Assembly (NCBI GenBank): GCA_024704765.1
Contig: JAKMXF010000199.1
Location: 662,448-726,447 of the forward strand
Direction: 5' to 3'
DNA: 64,000 nucleotides
Origin: Oopsacas minuta
Lineage: Eukaryota > Animalia > Porifera
In this document: one piece after another, positions 13,941 through 25,377 of the stretch
Position numbering within the stretch: the first letter of the stretch is position 1
Layout of the letters: the number at the start of each line of letters is the position of its first letter
Made by a program: the position numbers and the translations under genes
The notes under the pieces: generated by a model
The model's database searches: none
Told to the model about the DNA's origin: nothing
Seen by the model: the letters and a program-made list of their open reading frames with translations, nothing else

Positions 13941-14263
13941 CTAATTGTGGACAATATCTGTGTAGCTATGAAGATATGCTCTGCCAGGGAAAGGTCAGGA
14001 CTTGTATCAAGCCTTACTTAAGGAGTCTTCAAAAGAAAGGTGTATTACGATATGGGGCCAATTTGAAGGTTTTCTTAATTGTTAATGTTTATCTATCTAA
14101 TATACGGTGGAATAGCCCAACTAAGAGCGAATTTCAATGGATTTGTCTTAATCTAATGAATTTGTATAAGTTCATATATTTAACCAGCCTACGGCTTCAC
14201 ATAGACATAACATAGTGAAATCTTATATTGACCTGTGTTAATTGTATATAATTATAGTATATA

Positions 14264-14406
14264 CTAGAGCGTAACTACCGTTGAGGCAGGGGAGGCAGTT
14301 GCCTCCTAGCTTTTTCGGGCGTTGCATCATCTCCCTATTGTAACCGCATATTGAGGCAAATATCCATCCTGTCCTCCACGTTCCGGGATCTCTAGTTACG
14401 CCCCAG
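14264..14406. mobile_element. Short hAT-like MITE (GCGTAACTA terminal family; related ends at 3918 and 31942-31955)
   Basis: Ends ctagagcgtaacta ... tagttacgccccag are inverted. No clean TSD. Confidence 0.5.
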
Positions 14407-14907
14407 ATATATAGAGCTTATACTTCCTCTGTATAATGAACTAAGCTGGTAATATATCTTGAACCAAGATCATGACTTTTATATTCGCAGAAAACAAGTT
14501 CTAACAATATCCCAGGGCCAACCTGAAAAAAACATCAAAACCCGTAGTTCAAACTGATATTTCAATTGCAGAGAACAAAGTACTTGTATATTCCACTCAA
14601 TATTTGTTCAAAATTAGTTCACCCTCTAGTACTCATACTCTGAAAGCAAAGCCCCAGCTGGAGTATTTTATCAAAGTTAACTTCATGATTGTCCAAAAAC
14701 ATGGTTTTGAGATAACCAATGAAATATATATATATATGTCTTAAATTTCAATGAGAAAAATTCGCTATTACAGGTTGTTTCTTTCTTGATATACTGATTA
14801 TTGAAAAGGGAAATTACAGTATACATGGCCTATTTATTGGAACCCATAATGTGGTGATAACAGCCATTCGTGCATATTATTAGGTGTGTTGCGAGAGATT
14901 ATAACTC

Positions 14908-16516
14908 ATCTATATTAAACGACTGTGAATTTGCAGGATATTCGACCAGGATCATTTCAATCACTAATTTCTCCTACCTGTACTCATCAGATATACACGA
15001 AATTAATATCATTCGGTAGAGGAGTGTTGGACTATGTATAAAATATAATTTTCTTAAATATTTGTAACTTTTGCCTATCGATCTTTGTCATGATGAGTAG
15101 GGTCGCTTATCTACTAAAAATGACAAGCTGAATGTGAGAATTCAAATCTGAAATTTTGTGTCTATATTTGTGACCCATGGACGTTTATGTAAATTAAATT
15201 TCATCCAAAAATTCCTAAAACTCGAGGAGATACAAGTATTCAAATTTGAAGTCAAAGTTATATTGGAGAGAGGTGAGCATCATTTTACAAAAAGTAGGGT
15301 CAGTTCAAATTGATATTTGATATCCAAAATCAAACTCAAACTATTATATTTTGATAACAATCGATGGCCGAGACATGGATGTATACCATTAAGTCACTAT
15401 AATCATGAAATTCTGAAAGATACAGTCACAATGGGGTTCTAAAAATGGCATAATTGTCGTTTTTTATGTATTTTGGAATTTTCAATTTAGACTCAAATTT
15501 CAAAAATAATTCTTTCCCAGAATCGCCTAAAACTTCACAAGCTCCTTCTTTTATATTATGTCATTCAATTTCTTTGAGAAAACAGGGATCGCTGGTACTT
15601 TTTTATGAATATTACAAGTATAATATTTTGTGAATTATTTTTTCCACTAACCATATCATTGTTCACATTGTCTAGTACAGGGGTTTTCAACCTAGGGGTC
15701 GCGACCCCCAGGGGGGGCGCGAAGGCTTTCTAGTTGGGTCGCAAAAAGTTCAGATAATTTACATAACATTATTAATATTTACCGATTAACAAGTCAAAAA
15801 TTGTTTAAATTATCAACTTTTAGCTGAATTCAAAATGCATTGTCCTTCTATTGCGTGTGCATTGCTATGTGCAATGTACATGCTATATACGCGCAATGTG
15901 CTTTCACCGCATGTACAATGGTTGTACTTACGTATATATGACATTGGTATTGTATTTCATGACGATACTGGCATCATAGCATTGGAACTTGAGGTGGCTA
16001 GATTTAATTTAAACAATAGAAAACATTAGGAATCATTTCCATACTGACTATACATGGATATTTCACAAGTTAAGTTTATAAATACTCCAATTAGATATAT
16101 TTTCTTTACGTATATCCCTTGACATTTCTCATTTTATCTTCGTACTTCAATTTTACGAAATCCAGCTTTCAAAACAACTGTTAAGATGGCTGGAAAAAGC
16201 AACATTAAAACGCGAACATACTCCGAAGGCTATTTAAAATTGTTGAACATGATTTGAGATGCTGTCTTTCTAAACTGAGCCAAGAAATTCTCAACTTGTT
16301 GAAAAACGAAAACAGTTTCAACCTTGACATTAAGAATATAAATGAAAAATTTCATTCATAATTATGTATGTGTGATTTTATGTTATATTAAGTACAAGCT
16401 CCAATAAAAAATTTCGTTTCGTTATTAGGGGGGGTCGTGAGTATTCCCACATCTATAAGTGGGGGCGTAAGGTGGAAAAGGTTGAAAACCCCTGGTCTAG
16501 TACAATACTAGACTAT
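14908..16516. repeat. Left arm of a ~785-bp inverted repeat (interrupted by hAT MITE 15678-16494)
   Basis: 14908-15629 is the exact reverse complement of the outer part of the right arm (ending 18212), checked line by line. The inner ~60 bp is diverged, and 16503-16516 pairs with 17427-17440. Confidence 0.95.
15678..16494. mobile_element. Non-autonomous hAT element/MITE (817 bp), recent
   Basis: Perfect 16-bp TIR caggggttttcaacct/aggttgaaaacccctg and perfect 8-bp TSD gtctagta (15670-15677, 16495-16502). The empty site is present in the opposite inverted-repeat arm at 17441-17448. Confidence 0.95.
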
Positions 16517-17426
16517 CTCATAAGACTAATGAGCATGACTGTTGTTTACGCATAAAGTAACACATGTTACAACTCTTCTCTTGGTTCCCATTCTAATGTT
16601 GCTACAACAAACGAATAATGAAACCGCAAATTACTCATCTATTTTCGATATGTCTAATATTCTTAAGTCCAATCTCCATACTACATATGTATTATAATAC
16701 AATTTTCACGGGACAATGCGACTGTAAGGTTAGCGTAGTATTCAAAACGTGTAAGTTCGCCCACTCTAAATTTATTTTTAGATAAAATGACTACTTGTTC
16801 TAACTGTTGTAGTCTTTCGCCCCAGTTTAGTCATAACAATTGCCACAATTGTTATGAATAATTCTTCTTTCAATAAATGCCTTATTAAATATTGATCTAA
16901 TTATTTCTACATCTTCCCTGCAAACGTATTAGCAGATAAGATGTAGAATTACCTTGATCTCACTTTGGCAATTTATTTGATGCCCAGGAACACAAAGGGG
17001 AATATTTGGTAACATGTCTTCATTAATCTTAGATTAGAACATCCTATAGAATTCAGATGGCTCTGTGGCGTATTTATAATAGACTACTAAATAGCATTTC
17101 TACTTTATTCTTTGATGGAATAATATAACTTAATTTGTTCTTTTTCCTTTTGGGCCACTCGTCCCTACAAATCTTCCTCATTTTCGCAACACTTTTTTAT
17201 TTTTTTGTTTAAATGCTTCACTTGCTAATGTTATAAAAGCAAATTTTAATACAGTAATCCTGCCATCTATATTAACGTATTTTGACCTGTGGCCTTTAGC
17301 CTAGTTTCGTATTTCAAAATATTATGTTTTACTATCTTAAACTAATTCTACACTAGCGTCACTACCTCTTACAGTAATATCTTTGTCACTATATACTCTA
17401 AACAAATATTTCAGAAATACTAAAGT

Positions 17427-18212
17427 ATAGTCTAGTATTGTACTAGACAATGTGAACAATGATATGGCTAGTGGAAAAAATATTTTACAAAAAATATTAT
17501 ACTTGTAATATTCATAAAAAAGTACCAGCGATCCCTGTTTTCTCAAAGAAATTGAATGACATAATATAAAAGAAGGAGCTTGTGAAGTTTTAGGCGATTC
17601 TGGGAAAGAATTATTTTTGAAATTTGAGTCTAAATTGAAAATTCCAAAATACATAAAAAACGACAATTATGCCATTTTTAGAACCCCATTGTGACTGTAT
17701 CTTTCAGAATTTCATGATTATAGTGACTTAATGGTATACATCCATGTCTCGGCCATCGATTGTTATCAAAATATAATAGTTTGAGTTTGATTTTGGATAT
17801 CAAATATCAATTTGAACTGACCCTACTTTTTGTAAAATGATGCTCACCTCTCTCCAATATAACTTTGACTTCAAATTTGAATACTTGTATCTCCTCGAGT
17901 TTTAGGAATTTTTGGATGAAATTTAATTTACATAAACGTCCATGGGTCACAAATATAGACACAAAATTTCAGATTTGAATTCTCACATTCAGCTTGTCAT
18001 TTTTAGTAGATAAGCGACCCTACTCATCATGACAAAGATCGATAGGCAAAAGTTACAAATATTTAAGAAAATTATATTTTATACATAGTCCAACACTCCT
18101 CTACCGAATGATATTAATTTCGTGTATATCTGATGAGTACAGGTAGGAGAAATTAGTGATTGAAATGATCCTGGTCGAATATCCTGCAAATTCACAGTCG
18201 TTTAATATAGAT
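17427..18212. repeat. Right arm of the ~785-bp inverted repeat
   Basis: Reverse complement of 14908-15677 plus 16503-16516. Confidence 0.95.
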
Positions 18213-18739
18213 TAGTTAAAATCTCAAGGTGAAAGACTGTCCCTGGGCCAATAATACTAATGAGTTAAAATCTCACCCAACAGCACTATATACGTAGCCC
18301 ACATTATATATATTCCATAGCACGAATCTATATATCCCTAGAAAATAGCTATTCATTGGTTCATAATAATACGAGATATGGCCATTTTTGAGGTGACGTC
18401 ATGAACTTTGAAGTTCAAATATCTATGGCGTCATAAATGGGAATTTATCCTCAAAAATTTTTTCAGAAAAGTTATTTTTGTTTAAAGTTATCAAATTTAT
18501 TCGAATCGACACTAACGACAAATATATAAATGTAACAATCACCATTTTGTCAAGGTTTTAGATTAGGACTTACTTGTGGGGCACAGTGCCTCAAATAGTA
18601 AGTAATCGGTTAAATAAAGGAGGGAAGAATAACCTTGAATCAGAACATAGTAATAATAAATTTGAGTAAACATCCAGGCGTACTTTCAGAGATGAATAGT
18701 ATCTCGCGAACACCTAGAAATTGTTCAGCGACCCCCAGT

Positions 18740-19960
18740 TTGGGAAACAATGATCTAGATTCGGAAAACCCTCATACGAGTATACATCCTTAATGGTACC
18801 AATGCTAGCCCTGTCTGGGTACGGAATGGGCATCCTCACATTATTCCCCTTTTCAATAGTCTTGCTATGTTTTATACTAGACCGTATCATGTCAGCACCT
18901 TGCTTCCTGACTGCTCTCCAGCCTCCTTGATGGAGCTTCTCAGTACTTCCCGATTTCCTGCAGTACTCATCTCGCGCACAGGAGTACTGTACTAGAGTCT
19001 TACAGTACGCGTTTTCTTGGTTCAGGCAGTCAGTATGTATTGGATCCAGTTTACAATGGCTGCAACTCACAGTGCAATTGCCATCATCTATTACACAGGC
19101 TGGACAGAGAGGATAGTCAGTGAAGTAGGTGTCAGATGCGTAGGGAATAGGAGATGGTGTTGGACGTGAGTGGGATGGATCAAAGGGTATCGGCTCGGGC
19201 TGGCCTGAAGTAATGTTAATGGTAATGCAGTAGTATTTTCTATCACTACTGTCGAGAATAGTTGAGAATTTTCAAACAAAGTATTAATTTGTAAATAAGT
19301 AAAAAATTATGTCCTCCTAAATTATTTACAAAAGCAATTCAAAATTAACAAGCAATTTTACATATGCTGCGTTATCAATACCTTGTAATTGTTTAAAAAA
19401 CCAATACAAGTGAAATTTTTTGTCTGATTTTCCGAATTAAAAAATTCAAGGTGTAATTCGTGTCCCGATCAGCAGGGGGTACAGTAAGGTTGTAAGAATC
19501 GTCATCAAGATAGTAGGCATACATATCTTGCCTTTTTAGCTTAGAAAATGTAGAGGCGTACAAAGAGGACAATTCCTGCACGAAGTACATAATAGTTGTG
19601 ATTGAGTTCGTGATGTGCGGCCGCTAAAGTATCCCACAGGTCTTCATTAGCCATACGCGTAACTTGCTCCGTGTAGTCCCCGGATTTTACCCCCTTTCAC
19701 GTACAGGACATTTGGACATCAAACTCCTCAAACAGAATAGCGCAACTTGGTCCTGCCCCAATTGGGATCGTAGGTATTGCAAACATCCTCTCTGTAGCTC
19801 TCTATAAATCCCAGCTCTCTCCTCTCTCTCCACCAAATGTAAATTGATTGAGTTACTAAAGCTCTGCTCCGAAAATTTCTTAAGCATTTGACCAAGGGAA
19901 AAGTATAATGATTTTGTCCATTAGAAACATACGCAAACAATAATGACAAATTTATACTAA
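18740..19960 (-). pseudogene. Ginger2/KRBA2-like integrase transposon remnant, copy 1
   Basis: LWDTLAAAHHEL (H2C2 region) and a C-terminal motif KQGADMIRSS..GNNVRMPIPYPDR. 19600-19950 is homologous to 27625-27900. Confidence 0.65.
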
Positions 19961-20161
19961 CTAGTTAGAAATAGCGCAGTAACTGTCGCGTGATAGTACA
20001 AGTGTTATTATAGGTCTATCCCCCAGTAGCATCTAGGTAACTTTGGTATGTGTGTTGATTAGTGATTACACAAATATATTCGCATTTTTGTTAACTCATA
20101 GTAGCAAAAGTAGCAAATTATATAAGAATAATCTTACTCAATTTGGACGGTGACATATATA

Positions 20162-21075
20162 CAGTCAGGGGACAAAAGTATTCGACCACACAAATATATT
20201 GTCATAAATTGTATACTCTTTCCCGCTCCTATATATTGTGTAGTCTATATTCGTAGCTGCTATCTAGTAATTTGTATAGAATAACACATGTTTTCAAGAA
20301 TTTCAAAAAAATATTTTAGATTGACACTTTTTGAAGGTGTTAATTATTAATAATTATTAGATAATTATTGATAATCAAAATATGTGGTAATTCAAAACCT
20401 ATTAAGAATCTATAATTTCTGACTTGATATTTGAATTCTACGTAGGCGAGTTACCCCAGATTGAAATTTCCAATCGGATTGAACAATTTTTACCAGAGTT
20501 ATAGATGAATTTCAATTTTGTGCCATTTGTGCCACCTTTTGCCCAAGGTGGCACAAGTGGCCGCTACCAAGAGGTTATTTTGGAATTCAAGGGTTAGCAT
20601 AGTCATATCATTCGAAAATATTACTTCGACTTATTCCTCCTAACCCTAGTTGATTTCCTTGTAGTGGCGCTTTTTCCTGCCACCTGTGCCACTTTTTGAA
20701 AAAGTGGCACAAGTGGGACAAATTGAAATTCTTTTATAACTCTGGTAAAATTGTTCAATCCGATTGGAAATTTCAATCTGGGGTAACTCGCCTACGTAGA
20801 ATTCAAATATCAAGTCAGAAATTATAGATTCTTAATAGGTTTTGAATTACCACATATTTTGATTATCAATAATTATCTAATAATTATTAATAATTAACAC
20901 CTTCAAAAAGTGTCAATCTAAAATATTTTTTTGAAATTCTTGAAAACATGTGTTATTCTATACAAATTACTAGATAGCAGCTACGAATATAGACTACACA
21001 ATATATAGGAGCGGGAAAGAGTATACAATTTATGACAATATATTTGTGTGGTCGAATACTTTTGTCCCCTGACTG
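20162..21075. mobile_element. Tc1-type foldback MITE (914 bp) with ~400-bp inverted arms
   Basis: TA|cagtcaggggacaaaagtattcgaccac...gtggtcgaatacttttgtcccctgactg|TA. Arms are identical over 20162-20490 (329 bp), then diverge to about 20560. Confidence 0.93.
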
Positions 21076-21800
21076 TACTTATATATGATTAATTGCGTTT
21101 TAATAGTACTAGAGCGCTTCGCTTTCCTGGGTCGCTGCGTGATGAGCGGACGCATCCTTGAGCTTTGTGCCTTGTACAAGCATAATTAATAAACAGTTAA
21201 ATTTTTCAGAGTTCTCGGGTGGCTACGCGACCTGATTACTCAGCACTACCTGGCTCGAATTCACAGAATAGCTAAGATTTTAATGTTTTATATTATTCAT
21301 GAATATTTGATACAAATGCAAATAATGAACGGTCAGCTCAGGTAGAAGAAATCGGGGGTTTCGCCAAATATAGCAAATACAGTAGATTCCGAACCAATAG
21401 GGAACATCGGAGCCAGGCATTTTGACCAGATTAAGCGAAATATAGGTGTTGGGAACCTGAAGAAACTTATTACTTTTTGTATGTTTCTTTTTCTGGCGAG
21501 CTGAAAAGAAATAAAATTTCAGGAAACTAAACCAAATGATAATACAAATCCCATCGAAACAATTTCGTACTAAAGTAGATTTTTGTTAAATTCTAAAATT
21601 GCGAGGTTATGTCTCTAAATTAGGGTGGGGTTCTCCCAAAATTAAGAAAAGACTTCATCCCTTCCATAATTGTCTCGTGCAGCTCCCGTTAGAGATACAA
21701 TTCGAAATATATTAAAGACTGAATGAACATCACAATTCATAACCTGAAAATACAAAGATTACAGTATTCAAATATATAGGGAATAAAAATTATGTACATA

Positions 21801-24746
21801 TCATTTTGATCTAGAAAAATGCTGACAAATGTACTGAGCCAGAGAGTAAAACTTTTTTCCATCTTCACCAGTTATTCCCATATTATCAAGATATTTTTCA
21901 TCTAAATAATAAAGCTGTATCGTGTCCTTAAAACCTGAACGTAATAGTAAAGAGTAGTATTTTCCTAAGCCGTATTTAATTAAAAACATTTCTAATTCAG
22001 TATTTTGTAAAGATTCAATAGTTTCTTCTATGGAAATCGAAGAAACACCTACACTCGATTTTGGTTGAGCAATTGCAACCATTTTGCTACCTTCATTAGA
22101 AGAGTGAGACTTGTTAGCTAACATTTCATCATATAAATAATCTATATCTGAAGAGGTGGTAAATTCTAATCGGGCATAAGTATCATCTATATTTACATCG
22201 GTTGCTTTACTTGATGGATCATATATATGGAAACTTCCATGTATTGACCCAACAGGATAAGATTGATAAGTAAGAACTTTGTGAAAAGGTTGGGGAGATT
22301 TTCCAATAAAATCACTCAATGAAATATGAGTTTCCCCAAAAGTGTCATCATCTCCACCCACACATTTTATTTGAACAAAAACAACTTGCTGAATTAAGAA
22401 ATCGCGTTCTTGATTGACAGGGATAATTCTCTCAGGCAATTCTTTCGGCGTCCACTTAGCTACAACATTGTTTGAACCACTGCTCAATTCTCTTATAGAG
22501 GAGCAGTGCTTACTTTTTCGAAACCCATCGAAGCAATCACTGAATAGTTGAAGATAATATATTTCATTGGCATTCGAACGTGTAATATGCGCCTCAAATG
22601 ACTCAAAACCTATTGAAATTTGCATAATATGCATAGATAAAGCCTTAGCAGGAGCCCTTGAAATATCTGGTGCCTGAATACCTAATACAAATGATGCAAA
22701 AACAGGTGAATGATCGCTGGTAAAAATTTCATCTGAACACCCATAAGAAGTAGGTAGGATTGGACTATTAAGATAGGATTTAAACAGAATCCTATCACAA
22801 TATGATGGCACATTTATTTTGTCTTTTACTGCTTTCTTTTTTAATATATGATAACTACTGCGGCTACCACGAATATACCTATAAGTCGGAGGAAATCTAA
22901 CTGGGGCCTCTTCAAATGCAAAAAAGGAGTTATTTCTTTCTAATTCAATAGTAAGTTGGTCATGTCGTTTGAGGTAGTAAAAATCGGCCTCGGTTATCTT
23001 CTCTAAAATAATATCCGGTTCCAAATCTATTCGGTAATTGAGATCGCCAAAGAAAAATGTGTAATTGAATTGGTTTGTAATATCACAATGTGGGTGTGGC
23101 GATTTGAAAATCAGATTTTTCATTATATCTCGGAAATTAGCTCTGCGCTTTGCCAATCGCTTTTGTTCATGACCAGATGTAAGGTGGCAATTGACGAATA
23201 AGAAAGAAGTATTCTCATACGCAAATGATACTCCAACTGCACCTTTATTTCCAACCTTAGTACCAACATTAATTTTACCAAGTCCAGTTTTGACATTTGC
23301 CTGTTGGATATTGCTAACCTTGTGATACAAATCGGACTTAATAATTCCAACCAATCCGATATGCCAAAAATGTTCAAATGCAATTATTTTATATTCTAAT
23401 TTATTCATATTTGAAATATGATTACGCAATTTGGTTGGCCAATCACTTGAAGGTATCCTCATTAGAGTGTCATTTTCTTGAACACCAATAATATAAAGAT
23501 CATAGCTGCGGTCAAGATATCCTGGGAGGTTTATCCCTGTGCCTTTACTAGACAACCAAGTTTCGAGGGAGTCAGGAGGCGATGCTTCACCCATATTCCA
23601 AGTACCAACAAAAAGGGAAATATTATTTCGGGCTATTTTATAGTTGTGGTGATTAATCATCAGGAGTGAAATTTCACAGAATCTTTCTCTTTGACTTAAG
23701 GTCGTAAACAACACACCAATTGATTCATCTAAGCGTTTGACTATTGAAAGGAACAAAGGATTATTTTGGCTTTTTATTATCTTTTGAAGGTCGAGACAAG
23801 GAATATCTTCTTTATGACCATTATTAAGAATGGTCAAAATACCATCATAAGTATTTACTTCTATAACAGAGTGATTCATTTTATGGCATATTTTAACTTC
23901 GAAACTTTCCCTACCAACATCTATCATTCTTTTGGGTTTACTTTCGATATTGTCCTTATATATTTGGTAGGTGTCTTCAGAACTAGGTTCGTTACTAAGT
24001 TGTAATAATAACTTATTAAACAGCTGCTCCGTTTTGAAAACTAGGTCAGTAGTATCTTTCATAGTTGATATTACGGATGCAAAGTCGTTATTAGGGTTGG
24101 AAGTAGGTGATTGAAGGATATCATTAGTGTTGCCCATAGCCAAAAACATAAGTTGATAAGCATATCTCAAGCGCTTTTGAAATAGGTCAATGGAGGTATA
24201 TAGAGTAGAAATATCATTTTCAAAGAGTTGGTAGAGCATCTTGGGCATAGAATGATTATTCACAAAGCTTAATGAATCTGTCATCAGATGTTTAGAAAAA
24301 TATTCTCGAAATTGTCTCTCGAATTCGGTATCTTGTATTGCATTGGGAATCCTCGCCGACAGGGCATTAAAGAATTTTGTATTGGTTTCTAAGCTGACTA
24401 TATTATCATCATCGTCATCTTCATCTTGCTCAACTGCGTAGGTTAACTCACAAACTAATCCACGTTTTGGCTTCCCATAATATTCAATCAATTCAATTAA
24501 ACTTTTAAAATATTGCAAATTAGTAGTTCCGGGGCACTCGATAAAAAATCCCTTTTCAGAGGGGAGGATACGATAATGATGTACTCGGTTATTAAAGAAT
24601 TCAGATAATACATAAGCACCAGATATACTTTCACTAGTACGCACAATAAAGGAACCATTCTTGTCAGCTTGTACAAGCATTTCTTCTGCTCTATTACGAC
24701 TTAATCCTGTGTGGTACCAGGGAGGTGATTCTTCAGAAGTTGACAT
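21801..24746 (-). CDS. INPPL1: SH2-containing inositol polyphosphate 5-phosphatase, SHIP2-like (SH2, PH-like, 5-phosphatase, C2, SAM), intronless, 981 aa from the first ATG
   Basis: SH2: WYHTGLSRNRAEEML..GSFIVRTSES. Phosphatase: LFVGTWNMG, FVNCHLTSG, FFFGDLNYRI, PSYCDRILF, SDHSPV. C-terminal SAM: FLIKYGLGKYYSLL..GF..L..LDEKYLDNMGI. The track start at 24854 is TTG; the first ATG is at 24744-24746 (MSTSEESPPW). Confidence 0.93.
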   Translation of the reverse strand: MSTSEESPPWYHTGLSRNRAEEMLVQADKNGSFIVRTSESISGAYVLSEFFNNRVHHYRILPSEKGFFIECPGTTNLQYFKSLIELIEYYGKPKRGLVCELTYAVEQDEDDDDDNIVSLETNTKFFNALSARIPNAIQDTEFERQFREYFSKHLMTDSLSFVNNHSMPKMLYQLFENDISTLYTSIDLFQKRLRYAYQLMFLAMGNTNDILQSPTSNPNNDFASVISTMKDTTDLVFKTEQLFNKLLLQLSNEPSSEDTYQIYKDNIESKPKRMIDVGRESFEVKICHKMNHSVIEVNTYDGILTILNNGHKEDIPCLDLQKIIKSQNNPLFLSIVKRLDESIGVLFTTLSQRERFCEISLLMINHHNYKIARNNISLFVGTWNMGEASPPDSLETWLSSKGTGINLPGYLDRSYDLYIIGVQENDTLMRIPSSDWPTKLRNHISNMNKLEYKIIAFEHFWHIGLVGIIKSDLYHKVSNIQQANVKTGLGKINVGTKVGNKGAVGVSFAYENTSFLFVNCHLTSGHEQKRLAKRRANFRDIMKNLIFKSPHPHCDITNQFNYTFFFGDLNYRIDLEPDIILEKITEADFYYLKRHDQLTIELERNNSFFAFEEAPVRFPPTYRYIRGSRSSYHILKKKAVKDKINVPSYCDRILFKSYLNSPILPTSYGCSDEIFTSDHSPVFASFVLGIQAPDISRAPAKALSMHIMQISIGFESFEAHITRSNANEIYYLQLFSDCFDGFRKSKHCSSIRELSSGSNNVVAKWTPKELPERIIPVNQERDFLIQQVVFVQIKCVGGDDDTFGETHISLSDFIGKSPQPFHKVLTYQSYPVGSIHGSFHIYDPSSKATDVNIDDTYARLEFTTSSDIDYLYDEMLANKSHSSNEGSKMVAIAQPKSSVGVSSISIEETIESLQNTELEMFLIKYGLGKYYSLLLRSGFKDTIQLYYLDEKYLDNMGITGEDGKKFYSLAQYICQHFSRSK

Positions 24747-25377
24747 TCTGTAGTAGAATTCAAAGAAGTGTAAAGAATCCTGGAAAACAGAAAGTAAGAA
24801 ATTTAAAGACGATACGCATAGTATAATATAGAAATTTAAATCCAGTTTAACCAATAGACTAGGCGGTCTGTATAGATTGCTAAATTTTTCCTAGCTACAC
24901 TCAGATTAATTGAAGCATTAGTATATTGATAATTGAAAATATCCTAAGGAGAGAAATCATTATTTTTCAATATACTAATGCTATGAATATGGCACATTAC
25001 TTCACAATGTATACTATGAGATCTAAGGAAATTTCAAGAAAATATAAAAGATTTGGTTATATAAAGTTCGCGTGTCCCAAATATATAGTAGTGATCATGG
25101 ATGACATATTTTGGGTACAGACTTAGTTTGTTACCCACGAAGATTGTAAATCTCAAAAATATTGTTATTTGCATCTAATAGATTCGGCAAACGTGTTAAT
25201 TAAAATTGGTCAAGTTATTGTATTTTATCTGTTATAAGCCGACGTCTATGGGAAATATTCACCACCTTTCACTAGGCCATAGCATTCAAATAAACTAAGG
25301 CACTGGTACTGCATGTATCATGGCTGGGTTAATGCCGTTCATTCTAAATTTGCAAAAGATTAGAAACCTATAGTTTA

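Noticed and set aside
17337-17666. 109-aa ORF in the inverted-repeat arm
   Set aside because: Low-complexity F/L/S/I composition with no motif; the mirror copy is interrupted by the MITE. Likely spurious.
24747-24854. 36-aa hydrophobic N-terminal extension of SHIP (signal-peptide-like)
   Set aside because: It starts at TTG (bacterial start rule in the ORF track). The first ATG immediately precedes the SH2 domain, as in known SHIPs.
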